This document shows, one piece after another, positions 1 to 12,615 of a DNA stretch of 64,000 nucleotides (within the stretch, counting starts at the first letter, position 1; each line of letters begins with the position of its first letter). This stretch comes from Eledone cirrhosa (lineage: Eukaryota). Position numbers and translations under genes: made by a program. The DNA lies in the NCBI GenBank assembly GCA_964016885.1, contig OZ024744.1, forward strand, positions 71,424,001 to 71,488,000. The letters run 5' to 3'. Below the pieces are notes generated by a model. That model did not search any database. It was not told where the DNA came from and worked only from the letters and a program-made list of their open reading frames with translations.

Positions 1-439
1 AAATATTTCTAACACAAACAACACCAACAACAACACCAACAACAACACCAACAATAACACCAACAACAACAACAACAGCAACAAAAAAAAATAACAGCTG
101 TAAAGTCGAGAACGACAATAACAAAAATAACAGCGGTAAGGTCGAGAACGAAAATAACAATGACAATAACAACAGCCACAACAACAATAATAGTAGGAAC
201 AGTATCAACAAAAACAACAATAATAACAACAGCCACAATAACAGTAACAACAGCAAGATATAAACGAAAACAACAACAACAACAACACCAACAACTGTAC
301 CAACGAAAACATCAACAATGACATCGATGCCTGTAATAGCGATCTCAGCACCACCAGTAAGACCAGTAGCAGCAACAATTGTGGTGCTGCTGAAAAAGGG
401 ACCACTTCTTTTGCAGGTGTCGCCCGAAATATCGAGACA

Positions 440-1681
440 GTGTTAGTCACAGAGGAGGAGATGGCAGTCGCAAGGGAAATGGTGACAAGAAGCGCCAATA
501 GAGTCTCTCTGAAACCTCCACCCGATTCTTTTAAGGATCAGCAGCTACGGACAGTGACTTACCGCACCGTAAGCAAAATTTCAGTTCGGGTGGAGAGAGC
601 CACGGAGGCTCAAATCCAAAAGGCCTTGGGGTGCGTCTGGGCACGCGAAACCCACATCATCCGAGGCAGAAAGTACGCCACAGTAGACGTACTTTTCGCC
701 ACCTCCCAGGAAGCAAAGTCTCACTCTTTGGAAACACTAAAGAGTGAAGAGATAGTCTTGGTGCCCTCCTACTGTGGGCAGAAAATTGTGAGGGTCAAAG
801 TGACCCAGGTCCCACCCGACGTGCCCATACCTTGGCTGGCCGCGTCTGTCCTTGCTGGAATCGAGGACAGGACGACCATGCTGCAAGTAGAGAAAATAGG
901 GAGAGAGAACTGGTCAGGTATAGGCATGCAAATGCTTATTCAAACTGACCAGGAATGTATCGACGCTATCCCCGATATCATAGACATCGAGGAAGGACTC
1001 CAACTCCCTATAAGCGTAGAAGGAAGACGGCCAAAATGTTATCTCTGTGGGTCGAAGGGTCACCTCAGGGCCTTTTGCCCGCAGAAGGCAACTAAGAAGA
1101 AAGCCCCTCCCCTTCCAATACCTGGTCCGCTGCTACCAAGAGCAGGGCAGGCAACAAACGCAGAAGCTCCTTCCTCGGAGAGTAGGAGGGCAACGTCCGT
1201 GGCACCCGCACCAAGGCCACAGACAACTAAAGCAGCAGCATCAGTGGCGGCAACACCAATAGCTACATTTGAAGTAGATACACCAACAACAAAATTGCCG
1301 AAGAGGGCTCCACTACCACCACCAACAGCCATGGAGCACTTACCCCTCCCAGACGCCACAGAATCCGACATGGAGTTTGAGGCGGGAGTAAAGTGGCAAA
1401 CGGTCTGCCACAAAAAAGAAAAAAGAAAAAAACCCTTAGATTCACCCTCCAAAAGCGAAGGCACAAAAAGAGGGGCAAAGGCAGCAAGGAAACTTGCAGC
1501 AACACCACCACCATCACCACCACAAGCACCACCGCCAACAACAACCACACCGCCACCAGCATCACCAAAAACACCAACAACGCAAACAAAACAAAACACA
1601 CACACCAAACAGCAACAAGGAGAAACAGCAACAAAATCTCCCCTCCCCCCAAAAGTACACAGCCATAAACATGGCAAGTAA
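440..1681 (+). CDS. ORF1 (gag-like nucleic-acid-binding protein) of the Tx1-like LINE
   Basis: 413-aa open frame with CYLCGSKGHLRAFC (CX2CX4HX4C) and a Pro/Thr/Lys-rich tail. The frame is open upstream to a stop at 245-247, so the true start is uncertain (first ATG at 461). Confidence 0.8.
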   Translation: MLVTEEEMAVAREMVTRSANRVSLKPPPDSFKDQQLRTVTYRTVSKISVRVERATEAQIQKALGCVWARETHIIRGRKYATVDVLFATSQEAKSHSLETLKSEEIVLVPSYCGQKIVRVKVTQVPPDVPIPWLAASVLAGIEDRTTMLQVEKIGRENWSGIGMQMLIQTDQECIDAIPDIIDIEEGLQLPISVEGRRPKCYLCGSKGHLRAFCPQKATKKKAPPLPIPGPLLPRAGQATNAEAPSSESRRATSVAPAPRPQTTKAAASVAATPIATFEVDTPTTKLPKRAPLPPPTAMEHLPLPDATESDMEFEAGVKWQTVCHKKEKRKKPLDSPSKSEGTKRGAKAARKLAATPPPSPPQAPPPTTTTPPPASPKTPTTQTKQNTHTKQQQGETATKSPLPPKVHSHKHGK

Positions 1682-1982
1682 AGAACTCATAAAATATATA
1701 AAGCAGCACAGACATCACGAAAAAAAATTACTACACCCCACCAACACCAAGAACTCTCCTGTCAAACATAAGCATCATCGAAATCTCATTAGAACAATAC
1801 AAACCTTTAAAACAAAAATTCCCCAACGCAGTTGGAGACTTCAGAGGGTCGGTTACTAAGAGGATATACACTGATATCCTCTTGGAAACACCTATGACCA
1901 GCGAAAGGGACGGTTCTACTGTCCCTTCACCACACGATCAAGGTAAGTGACCCTTTCTCACTTGCCCCGTTTCTCATCCAAC

Positions 1983-4870
1983 ATGGCCGTACTCAGAATA
2001 GGCAGTATAAATGCACGTGGCCTGGGGTCATCTTGGAAGCAGGGTCACCTGCTCAACGACCTCAGGTCACTAAACGCAGATGTGGTGGCCATCAGCGAGA
2101 CCAGAATCTCCGAAGCACAAGCCTTCGCACCGATCTTCGGCGGCTAGGATGTATACGCATCTCTTCATCTGTCCAGACTCGGGGGGAGGGGTTGCCGTCC
2201 TTTTTCGGAGAGGCAACAGGGGCAGGACGGCTAGATTTCTTCAGACGTCTAGAGACCTTTCTTGGAACGTCCCGCTCTTTAGTGTTAGTGGGCGACTGGA
2301 ACGGTATCTTGGATGCACGCTGGGATTGTGTGGGGATAGTGGATAGGGGAGGAGGGTGCAAGAGCCTCACCAACCTGCTCAGACGTTTTCAACTGTCTGA
2401 CAGGTATCGACTGGATTACCTGAATGTGCCAATGTGGACATGGACAAACCGCATCAGGTCATCCAGATCGTATCTCGATAGGGTATTCTGCAGAGAACTA
2501 GATAAGGCTAGTATAAGTTGTCCACAATTTAAAATAGTCGACTACACAGACCACAAATTTGTGATCTGTGAGATCGACATAGACAGACTTCATAGACAAG
2601 GGCTGGTTACTGGAAGCTGAACGCGTCTTTCCCGGCGCGCAAAGCCTACAGAGACCGGATTAGCATATTAGTTAAGCGGGCATTGACGGGAGTGGTCGTG
2701 AACAACAGGTGGTGGTTCGCCCTGAAAAGGGCAATTAAAGTAGAGTCGATTAGGTTTAGCAAAGGAGTAGTGATAGAGGAAAATAGAGTAGAGGGAGAGA
2801 TAGTCAGAAAGCTAGAAGAGGCGTTTAGGACAGGCATCGCAACCGACGTGCTTGCGGCGAAATTGGCACTCGACCAATTCTTCAACGCAAAACACGAAGG
2901 CTACGTTGTCAGAGCTAGAGTGCGTGCTCTGAAACACGAGGGGACGAGGCCGACCAATGGGCCCGGGTGGCAGAGGCGCGACGTGGCAACAAAGCCACAA
3001 TTCGGTCTTTGTCTGACCAAAACAGTTGCGTGTTGCTCGAACCCGAGCAGATGTGTGAAGCTTTTCAGCAGCACTTTGCTGAACTGTTCGGGAGCGGCGG
3101 CGGGCCGGGTCGGGTATGGATTTCAGTGCATACATCGACGGACCGCAGCACAGTGTTGCGGAAAGCCAATAACACCCAGTGAAATACGGGAAGCGATGGC
3201 TAACTGCACAAGAGGTAAACCGCCAGGTTTGGATGGTCTGCCCTACGAGCTTTATGCATTTATGCCAGATTTGTTCGGTGACATCTTGGCAGACGTCTAC
3301 TGCAACTGGCAACAGAACGGGAGCATTCCCAGTTTTGTGAACCGGGGAACGGTGGCGCTTCTGAGAAAAGACCCGAACAAGGGGGATGTTATCGATAATT
3401 TCAGGCCCATAACCCTGCTAAACGCAGAGTACAAGATTTTGGCCAAGGTGTTAGCAACGAAGTTGGCACTTGTTGTCAAGGGTCTGGTGGGAGAGGCGCA
3501 GACATACGCCATTCCGGACAGATCCATACACGACAACCTCCACCTCATGCGATACATCATAGAGAGGGTGGTTAAGGAACCTGACACGGGTGGGGCCCTG
3601 ATCAACTTGGATCAATTATAAGCATTCGATAGGGTCGACCATCGGTACCTGGCGGCTGTCCTCGAGGCAGCCGGTTTCGGGCCCGTTTTCAGGAGTTGGA
3701 TCGCAGCAATGTACAGCGACATCTGCTCAGTTGTGAGGGTGAACGGTCACCTGTCGCAGCCGTTCAACATCATGCGCTCAGTCCGCCAGGGTTGTCCCCT
3801 CTCGTCCCTCTTGTACGTATTGGCTCTCAAGCCGTTACTGCACAAACTGGGGGCGATGAGGGGGCGTCCCACGCGAACTAGGATTCGGGAAATCCGAGTC
3901 GGCTTACGCCGACGACGTCACCGTGGTGGTGTCGAGCACCAGACACGTCCAGATGCTCGGCACCGCTCTCAAGGAATACCAAGCGGTGATAGGAGCAACG
4001 ATAAACTAGGGAAAGTCGGTGGACTTGCAGCTCAGTACCTGGAGAGGCAAGTCCATGCCGTCCGACAGCGTCGTGGGCGTTGGACGAACGGACCAGTGAA
4101 ATTGCTCGGAGTCTGGTTCGGACCGGACCTCCAGATGGAAAAAAACTGGAAGGAGGTGACGAGCAAGTTGGCCTCCCTCACCCAGAAATGGGCCGAGAGG
4201 AAGCTGTCCCTGAAATGCCGGGCGGAGGTGGCGAATGCGTACATCGCATCCGTCATCTGCTACCGCATCACCGTCGTCCCTTGCCCCGGCCCAACTCTCA
4301 CCAAAATGGAGCGTCTCCACTTCCGCTTTTTGTGGAAGGGAGGCGCTCCCATCGTCAGACGATCCATCTGCTGTCGACACCCGTTGCGTGGAGGACTGGG
4401 CATGCCATGGTTGATGATGCGCAAACATGCGTGAGGCTGCGACATCTCTGGTGCTTACTTGACGGTGAACAGGTGTGGTCGCCGTTCGCCAGGCACATTT
4501 TCCCACAGCTCGTCTCCTTGACAGAGCTGTAGTCCTGGGTCAGGAAAAGACCAAGGAATGATTCCAGGCGCTCACTGCCGTCGTGCACGCACAGATGGTC
4601 TCGCCGTCTTCCTTTGAGGAGGAAGGGCAGGCGGTTTTCATCTGCCTGGTGGCCATCGCGAAAGAGATTGTGTGGTGGACAAGGTTGAAAGGGTTAAAGA
4701 CAAACACTTTCCTCTTCGGCGAATCCCTAAGTAACTTTTTCAAGTTTCACCTGAAAAGGAAAATCAGGGTGGAGAGGCAAGTGCTGCCTTCTAGTAAGTT
4801 TGTTGAAAGGTGGGTGAATGTAGCGAGAATGGTCCGAGTGAACGGGACCGCTCTGAATATACGTCTGTAG
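1983..4870 (+). pseudogene. ORF2 (APE endonuclease + reverse transcriptase) of the Tx1-like LINE, disrupted
   Basis: Motifs across frames: MAVLRIGSINARGL, VAISET, LVGDWN, SYLDR, TDHK (APE); KPPGLDGLP, NFRPITLLNAEYKILAK, SVRQGCPLS, YADD in a shifted frame near 3905 (RT). Several stops and frameshifts. The C-terminal CCHC seen in the 50-kb copy is deleted near 4580. Confidence 0.9.
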
Positions 4871-5196
4871 TTTGAGAGATGGAAAAATTGAGAGATAGCG
4901 CTTGCCCTGGTGGTCAGGGTGGCCGTGGTCTTTTGTGTGGTTTTCGACACGAGTAACCCTCGGAGGTTTCCCCCCTATTGGGGAATTTTTCATTGTTTCA
5001 ATTTTCATTTTTATTGTTTATATATATATATGTTTCTATGTCTTTTTCTTTTCTTATATAAATAATAAAAATCTTTACACGCACAAAACCCACATCGCAC
5101 CGTCCTGTACCGTCCTGTACCGTCCTGTGCCGCCTGTAATGTTTTTCTTGATGTCAGCCCTTGTGGCCAATAAAGAAATCATTATTATTATTATTA

Positions 5197-5381
5197 GGGC
5201 GGTAGATTGGCAGTATCGGTAGAGGGTCAGACACCATGCTTTCCAGCATAGTTACGTTCCTTTACGATCTGAGTTCAAATCCCACCGAGGTTGACTTTGC
5301 CTTTCATCCTTACGGGGTCGATAAAATAAAATACCAGTAATGCACTGGGTAATTAATGGCCTTGTGCCTAAAGTAGAAACA

Positions 5382-5411
<30 letters not shown>
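5197..5411 (+). mobile_element. tRNA-derived SINE with (ATT)n tail
   Basis: A-box-like TGGCAGTATCGG, B-box-like GAGTTCAAATCC, conserved body GACTTTGCCTTTCATCCTTACGGGGTCGATAAAATAA. Six other copies or fragments occur in the window. Resembles known octopus SINEs. Confidence 0.85.
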
Positions 5412-5412
<1 letters not shown>

Positions 5413-5413
<1 letters not shown>

Positions 5414-8400
5414 AGTTGCATTTATCTTGCTTTATGTTCATACGAGTTATCACCAAGTCACAACCAGTGACCTCAAGAGACAACAAGGTCCGCCATGTTC
5501 AAGGAAGAACATACATATTCACACATGCATCCTTAGTGTTTAGACTTGTGATGTACTTATATTGACAGGATCTTCCTTAGTATATGGGCAGTTCCCATTA
5601 GTACTATCTTTTGTATTTCTCCTATACGCGGGCTTCCTGGGATTTGCGATAAGTAGTCATTAGACCCCTTAGGTATCATTCCCAGAGCGCCTACAACCAC
5701 TGGTATTGTTTTAGTTCTCAATTTCCACATTTTTCCAATTTCTATCTCCCGGTCCTTATACTTGCTCAATTTTTCAAATGTTTTTATAGATACATTCTTG
5801 TCTATTGGAACAGACATATCAATTAGCAGGCATACCCTCCTTTGAAAGTCCTTCAATATTATATCAGGTCTATTTGCATCTATTTTTCGGTCTGTTTGGA
5901 TGCTAAAGTTCCACAAGATTGAGATGTGATCTTTTTCAAGTATGGGAGGTGGTTGATGCTCCCACCAATTCTTTTGATGGGGCAGGTCAAAATGCTTACA
6001 CATTATCCAATGTATGTATTGTGCAGCTCTGTCATGCCTGTTTAGGTATTCGGTTGGAGCTATAGGACTGCACATTGAAATTATATGGTCAATGGTCTCT
6101 GGTTGTTTTTTGCATACACGGCATAATGGGCTGCACCCATTTTTTATTATGTTGGCTTGGTAATTTTTTGTTGGCAGACACTGATCTTGTGCCGATATAA
6201 TCAGTCCTTCAGTCTCCGATTTCAGTCCAGAGGATGCCAACCACTGATGGGTTAAAATTTTGTTAACATCAGGATTGTTAGCTCGCTCTGGGTATTTTCC
6301 ATACAGAGGCTTTTCTTGCCATTTCTTAACCAGTTTCTGTAGCAGTTCTTTCTTTGCAGTTACTTTTACCTGCTTTGCTTTTTCTGTGTTTTCCATTTCA
6401 TCAGTAAATGGGACTTCTGAAATTTGTAGTCCATTACTGTATCTTTGTGCATCTTTTGTAATGGAATATGATCTTTTGATGCTTTCGTGTTTCAAAACGA
6501 GTTTGATCATCCAATCATGTGATTCCCTTAGATATGTAGATAATCCAATTGTTGCAGTTTTCAACGCAATGTCTAACTGAATTAACCCACGTCCTCCTTC
6601 TTTCCTAGGGAGATATATTCTATCTATATCTGCCTTAGGGTGATGCATTCTGTGCATGGTTAAGAATTTTCGAATTTTTGTATCGAGCCTACGGATCTCT
6701 GTGCTTGACCAGTTGATGACATTGTAACTGTAGGTTACTACTGGTATGGCAAGCGTGTTTATGGCATCGATCCTATTCCTTGCATTCAATTCCGTTCTTA
6801 AGATTGCTCTTACTCTGCGGTAACATTCCTTCCTTATCCTTTCCCTCATTGTCGAGTGCTTGATTCCGTCTCCTTCACAAACACCTAGATATTTGTAAGT
6901 TTTTTCTTGATCAAGTTCTCTTATCACGTTCCCCCGATCAAGATTAATGTCTGAACTCTTCAGCAGCTTTCCTCTGGTGAACGTTGCTTTGGCGCATTTA
7001 TCTAGTCCAAACTCCATTTTAATGTCATCACTGAACTGCTTCACAGTGGATAATAGCCCTTGCAATTGTTCATCATTTTTTGCAAATAGTTTCAGGTCAT
7101 CCATGTAGAACAGGTGATTAATGGTTTTGTCATAGACTTTATATCCATGTTTTGTTTCATTGAGCATTTTACTTAATGGTATAAGTGCGATGCAGAATAA
7201 AAACGGTGATAAAGAGTCACCCTGAAAAATTCCACAATTAATATTAACTTCTCCAGCTTCCAGTGATTTTGTTTCACTATTCAAAAGGAGTGTCGTTTTC
7301 CATGTCTTCATACTGAATGACAAAAACCTCCTGACAACGGGGGATATTTTGAAATTCTAAACATTTTTCAATCCAACTGTGTGGCAAACTATCGAATGCT
7401 TTTTTATAATCTATCCAAGCAATCGATAGATTTTTGTGTCTATTATGACAATCTTCCAGTATCATTTTGTTAACCAGAAGCTGATCCTTACAGCCATATG
7501 AGCCTCGTTTACACACTTTCTGCTCAATGGGAAATAGGTCATTTGATATCAGGTGGTCATATGTGTATTCAGTTAGGACTGATGTTAAAATTTTATACAT
7601 TGTGGTCAAGCAAGTTATCGGTCTGTAATTGTTGGGATTGTTTGTCTCATCATTCTTCGGAAGCAGGAATGTAATGCCGTTAACTAGCCATGATGGTATT
7701 TTTCTGGCTCCTTAACTATTTCATTGTAAAGTTGGGCTAACAGCTCATGAGACTCTGTGAAGGCATTTATCCAGAAGTTTTGTATTTTGTCTTTTCCTGG
7801 GGATTTCCATTTGCTGGTTTTTCTTAGAGCCAAGCGCAACTGTTCAACTGTTATATTTTCCCATGGTTGTTCCTCAAGGTGAGCTGTATCTTTCATTTGT
7901 CTGTCTATCCATGGGGCATGTATGTTATGAACTTTTTCTTCGGCCCAGATCTTTTCCCAGAATTCTTGCACTTCCTCCTTGGGTGGTATTGATTTAGCAG
8001 TTATTGTTGACTTACCAATTTTTCTGTAGAAGTTTCTTTGGTTGTTTTTGAACATATTATTGTCCTTATAGAATCTAGATCGTTTTTCAAAGCGCCTTAT
8101 ACGAGCAGCTTTGGCCGACACTTTTTGCTTGATTATTTCTATCAGCATGTCTATGTCACATGTTGATTTTATACTGTACTTTTTTTTCAATTTTCTAAGT
8201 TTAGTTTGTTTAACATGTTTACCTACTTTATAGTTTGTTAAAATTTCTATGTCAGATCGGAGAAGGTTTATTTGGCGATTGATGTTCTCTTGCCAAGTAG
8301 ATTTCTTGTGGGAATTCCTTTGTATTTTCATCTTCACTCCACATAAGTGAGTGGTGACTTTAGCCGATGCATAATAGAGATGATTTAAATCAGTAATGTT

Positions 8401-9352
8401 TAGTTTGTTTGTGATCATAATGTTTTTGAGAATTATGTTAGTCTTGTGTATTATCTTTTGGTTCTGTTTGGAGTTCTGGATCTTAGGGAGGGTGTCTCGT
8501 TGCCCCATGTCAGATTCTTTCATTTTCATCCATTCGATCATAATTTCATCCTTCAAGTTGGCAAGTTCATTCTCATTCATTTCTTTATCATTTACGATCT
8601 CATTATTTTCATTTGGAGTTTCATCCTGAGCATGCACTCCCTCCTCTTTTTCGATCCTTTCTTTAATTTGTTCTGTTGCCAGTGATTCCGCCCCAACCCT
8701 GGGGTTCGAAGTGTTACAGTTTACCTCGTTTTCACTGACACATGTTTCATTTTCCCTTCGCTGACTTTGTGCTAATAGCTTGATCTGATCAATTTCTATA
8801 TCAGTTAGTAACTTTTTTCTTACAATATTTCTTCGTATATTGGCTAGTTTGTTACTGTCAATATAGCCTCTGTTTTCGGGATGTTTCTTTTTCCAGTTGA
8901 TATATGTCTGTTCTGTGTTCGATGTATTTGATGGGTAGTACATGGCAGTGTAGAAAGCCTCAAGAACTTCTTTATTATCTTCCCTTGACCATTTTTCTAT
9001 CTTTTTCTTTGGATTTCTTGGTGGTGAGCATGGAGGGCCAACAGTAGGAGTATTCCGGTTATGGGAGGTCTCCAGCTCCGAAGTGATGGGAAGGTTTGAA
9101 CCATTAGCTGATTTTTCGACCCCAGTCTGGTTCCTCTCTGAGGGACGCGGCCCTTTTTTACCCGGGTGACGGCCGATCCGGTATGAGATTTTATCATTAG
9201 ACATTTACTTTATTTTGTCGCGTTTTATCCTTATCCGCCAAGGGGTAATCATTTCGTGTTACCACTTCTAGAACGAGTGTCAACCAAGACTAGAGGGGTC
9301 GTTCTCCCCTAGAGACACGGCTATTCCCCGCCGGCCGCCATCCCGGTATTTC
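5413..9352 (-). mobile_element. R4/Dong-like RLE non-LTR retrotransposon, family A, apparently full length
   Basis: One long RT-CCHC-RLE coding region with ~150-nt 5' and 3' UTRs. A long (TAA)n tract follows the 3' end and a short one precedes the 5' end. Confidence 0.9.
5557..9204 (-). pseudogene. Family A polyprotein (RT, zinc knuckle, restriction-like endonuclease) with two frameshifts
   Basis: ORFs 7684-9204, 7277-7609 and 5557-7323 join into WKSPGKD / NYRPITC / WIDYKKAFDS / GIFQGDSLSP / YMDDLKL / CRVC..ETIDHIISMC / RHD / NRPDII..LIDMSVP..K..KY. Frameshifts lie near 7700 and 7350. Confidence 0.9.
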
Positions 9353-9370
9353 TTGTTATTATTTTTTTTT

Positions 9371-9480
9371 ACACGCAGAAATGCCCATTTGTACCGTCCT
9401 GTATTGTCCTGTACTGTCCTTAATGTCTACTTTATGTAAACCCTTGTGGTTAATAAAGAAAACATTATTATTATTATTGT
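9371..9480 (+). mobile_element. 3'-terminal fragment of a Tx1-like LINE
   Basis: Similar to 5075-5195 (ACACGCA..CCCA..GTACCGTCCTGTA..CCCTTGTGG..AATAAAGAAA + ATT tail). Confidence 0.75.
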
Positions 9481-9489
9481 TGTTGTTAT

Positions 9490-11712
9490 TCCTTGAATCT
9501 CAGTCATTGATGTTGGTTAACTGGAAAGTCCGTTGGATTGAATATCAAGCCACTACCTGCAGCTTCAGATATTCAGGACGTATCGGAGGGTTCTTGCTGT
9601 TCCAAGCAAGCATGCCTTTTGAAGCGTTCCAAAAAGCGTGAAGGGGCCGATTTTCTTTAACCATCCCTGGAAACCTTTGGAGATAGTCCCCAGTGCGCCT
9701 ATGACAATCGGGATCACTTTGACTTCATGGCAGTTCCAAATCCTTTTCACCTCCCACTTTAGGTCCTGGTATCGGTTAATTTTCTCCCTCTCCTTCTCTT
9801 GCACTCTCGTGTCGAACGGGCAGGCCACATCCACAATCAGGCACGATCTTTTTTCTTTGTCCACAACCACCAGGTCAGGTCTATTGTGTTCCAGTTTTTT
9901 GTCCGTCTGTATCCTAAAATCCCACAGCACCTTCACCTGACTGTTCTCCATCACCGCCTCTGGCCTATGCTCATACCATTTCTCAGAATGTGGTAGATTG
10001 TTTACTTTGCACAGGTGCCAGTGGATCACCCTGCCCATCACATCGTGTCTCCAGCCCTTATAGTGGGTCTGGGCTAGGTGTTTACACTCGGACACAATGT
10101 GAGCCACAGTCTCCTCTCTCTCTCCACAGATCCTGCACAGTGGGCTAGCCTCCTCCTTGTAGATATGGTGCTTCAACCACTTCGTTTTGAGGGCCTGCTC
10201 CTGCGCAGCCATTAGCATTCCTTCTGTAGCCTTTTTGAGATCTCCTCTTCTCAACCAGTTCCATGTCTGTGGATCTCTAAATTCAGTTTTCTCAAAGAAG
10301 GTACTATGAAGGGATTTTCCCTTAAGGCTGCTCTTCCTCCTTGATGTTATTTCCTCCTTGGACATCCCCTGGCCTACTGTCCCCTCCTTCAGTACAGTTC
10401 TGAGCATTGGCTCCTTACTATAGGTCACGTATTTGTATAGGTTGTTTTTCTCCATCTGAACACAGTCCTCTATGCTGATAAGACCTCTTCCACCCTCAGA
10501 TCTCCTTAGGTAGAGTCTATCGACATCACTCCTCTTGTGGAACATGTTGTAGATAGTCAATAGCTTCCTAGTCTTCCTATCCATTTCTTTTTGTTCAACA
10601 ACATTCCATCTCAGAATTCCCGCACTGTACCTAATAATAGACACAGCTCGGGAATTTACTGCGCTTATGGCATTTCTGCTGTTCAGATGTGACTTCAATA
10701 CACTCCTTACTCTCCGAATGTATTCAGTTCTTAACAATTCCTTCATTTTTTTGTTCTTTATGCCATCAGCCTCCAGAACGCCCAAATACTTGTATCCTTC
10801 CTCAGAGTCAATTTCCTTTATCATCTCACCTGTTGGTATCTGGATCCCGTTACTTCTGCTCAACCTACCCCTCTTCATCACAATGACTCCACATTTACCA
10901 ATACCAAACTGCATACATATATCACTGCTGAAAATACGGACAGTGTCAACAAGCACATCCAACTCCTTCTCACTTTTCCCGAAGAGCTTAAGATCGTCCA
11001 TGAAGAGGAGGTGATTGATGGTAAGCTCTCCCCTTCCCAACTTGTATCCTGCTCTCACTTTTCGCAGCATAATGGTCAAGGGCATCAGGGCAAGGATAAA
11101 CAACAGAGGGGACAGGCTATCTCCCTGGAAGATACCTCTCTTGATCTTCACGCTTCCCAAGGATACTCCAGTTGATGTCAACTCTGTCTCCCAGGACCCC
11201 ATACTCCTGCCCAGCAACTGTCTGATGTTATCTGCCACCCTGAAGACCTCCAGGCTTTTGGTGATCCAGGAATGAGGCACCATGTCAAATGCCTTTCTGT
11301 AGTCTATCCATCCCATAGCAAGATCAGTGTGTCTCCTCCTGCAATTCCCCATTACCATCTTATCAATAAGCAACTGGTCCTTTGTACCACGTGACTTCTT
11401 TCGGCATCCTTTCTGTTCGTCCGGTAACAAGTTGTTTGTGTGGAGGTGATGGTAGATTTCCTCAGACACAATGCTCGTCAACAGTTTCCACATTACGGGC
11501 AGACATGTGATAGGTCTATAGTTGGTAACATCATTACCCTTGATTCGGTCTTTCATTATCAGAACTGTGGTACCTTTTGTCAACCACTCTGGCACCTCAC
11601 CCGACACCAAGCAGTCATTGAACATGGCCGTCAGCTTCGGGTGGAGGGATGTTAAATGTTTAATCCAATACCCCTGCACACCATCTGGGCCTGGTGATTT
11701 CCAGTTGGTTAG
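9490..11712 (-). mobile_element. R4/Dong-like RLE LINE, family B, 5'-truncated
   Basis: Starts mid-RT (NWKSPGPDGVQG) directly after a (TAA)n tract at 11714-11771. A short 3' UTR ends in CAA/TAA repeats. Clearly divergent from family A. Confidence 0.9.
9565..11679 (-). CDS. Family B RT-CCHC-RLE, uninterrupted but N-terminally truncated
   Basis: 704 aa with NYRPITC, WIDYRKAFD, GIFQGDSLSP, FMDDLKL, CRICGEREETVAHIVSEC, RHD and NRPDLVV..IVDVACP. Confidence 0.88.
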   Translation of the reverse strand: MQGYWIKHLTSLHPKLTAMFNDCLVSGEVPEWLTKGTTVLIMKDRIKGNDVTNYRPITCLPVMWKLLTSIVSEEIYHHLHTNNLLPDEQKGCRKKSRGTKDQLLIDKMVMGNCRRRHTDLAMGWIDYRKAFDMVPHSWITKSLEVFRVADNIRQLLGRSMGSWETELTSTGVSLGSVKIKRGIFQGDSLSPLLFILALMPLTIMLRKVRAGYKLGRGELTINHLLFMDDLKLFGKSEKELDVLVDTVRIFSSDICMQFGIGKCGVIVMKRGRLSRSNGIQIPTGEMIKEIDSEEGYKYLGVLEADGIKNKKMKELLRTEYIRRVRSVLKSHLNSRNAISAVNSRAVSIIRYSAGILRWNVVEQKEMDRKTRKLLTIYNMFHKRSDVDRLYLRRSEGGRGLISIEDCVQMEKNNLYKYVTYSKEPMLRTVLKEGTVGQGMSKEEITSRRKSSLKGKSLHSTFFEKTEFRDPQTWNWLRRGDLKKATEGMLMAAQEQALKTKWLKHHIYKEEASPLCRICGEREETVAHIVSECKHLAQTHYKGWRHDVMGRVIHWHLCKVNNLPHSEKWYEHRPEAVMENSQVKVLWDFRIQTDKKLEHNRPDLVVVDKEKRSCLIVDVACPFDTRVQEKEREKINRYQDLKWEVKRIWNCHEVKVIPIVIGALGTISKGFQGWLKKIGPFTLFGTLQKACLLGTARTLRYVLNI

Positions 11713-11772
<60 letters not shown>

Positions 11773-11773
<1 letters not shown>

Positions 11774-12600
11774 GTTGCATTTATCTTGCTTTATGTTCAT
11801 ACGAGTTATCACCAAGTCACAACCAGTGACCTCAAGAGACAACAAAATCCGCCATGATCAAGAAAGAACATACATACACACACATGCATCTTTAGGTGTT
11901 TAGACTTGTGATGTACTTATATTGACAGAATCTTCCTTAGTATATGGGCAGTTCATATTAGTACTATCGTTTGTATTTCTCCTATACGCGGGTTTCCTGG
12001 GATTTGAGATAAGTAATCATTAGACCCCTTAGGTATCATTCCTAGAGCGCCTACAACCACTGGTATTGTTTTAGTTCTCAATTTCCACATTTTTCCAATT
12101 TCTATCTCCAGGTCCTTATACTTGCTCCATTTTTCAAATGTTTTTATAGATACATTCTTGTCTATTGGAACAGACATATCAACTAGCAGGCACACCCTCT
12201 TTTTAAAGTCCTTCAATATTATATCAGGTCTATTTGCATCTATTTTTCGGTCTGTTTGGATGCTAAAGTTCCACAAGATTGAGATGTGATCCTTTTTTCA
12301 AGTACGGGAGGTGCTTGATGCTCCCACCAATTCTTTTGATGGGGCAGGTCAAAATGCTTACACATTATCCAATGTATGTACTGTGCAGCTCTCTCGTGCC
12401 TGTTTAGGTATTCGGTTGGAGCTATAGGACTGCACATTGAAATTATATGGTCAATGGTCTCTGGTTAGTTTTTACATACACGGCATAATGGGTTGCATCC
12501 ATTATTTATTATGTTGGCTTGGTAATTTTTTGTTGGCAGACACTGATCTTGTGCTGATATAATCAGTCCTTCAGTCTCCGATTTCAGTCCAGAGGATGCA
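11773..12600 (-). mobile_element. Family A R4/Dong-like LINE, 5'-truncated and frameshifted copy
   Basis: Near-identical to 5413-6238, with TAA repeats on both sides. Confidence 0.9.
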
Positions 12601-12615
12601 GTTATTATTAATAAT

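Larger units (their letters stand above)
248..5195 (+). mobile_element. Tx1/L1-clade non-LTR retrotransposon, near full length, ORF2 decayed
   Basis: ORF1 with a CCHC knuckle is followed by an APE-RT ORF2 and a 3' UTR ending AATAAAGAAATC(ATT)5 at 5169-5195. The 5' boundary is uncertain because it runs into a CAA-rich tract. Confidence 0.88.

Noticed and set aside
5197-5290. tRNA gene
   Set aside because: A and B boxes are present but there is no cloverleaf, and the sequence continues into a multi-copy SINE body.
9205-9352. HDV-like ribozyme at the Dong 5' end
   Set aside because: P3/L3, P1.1 and J4/2 could not be placed in the required order.
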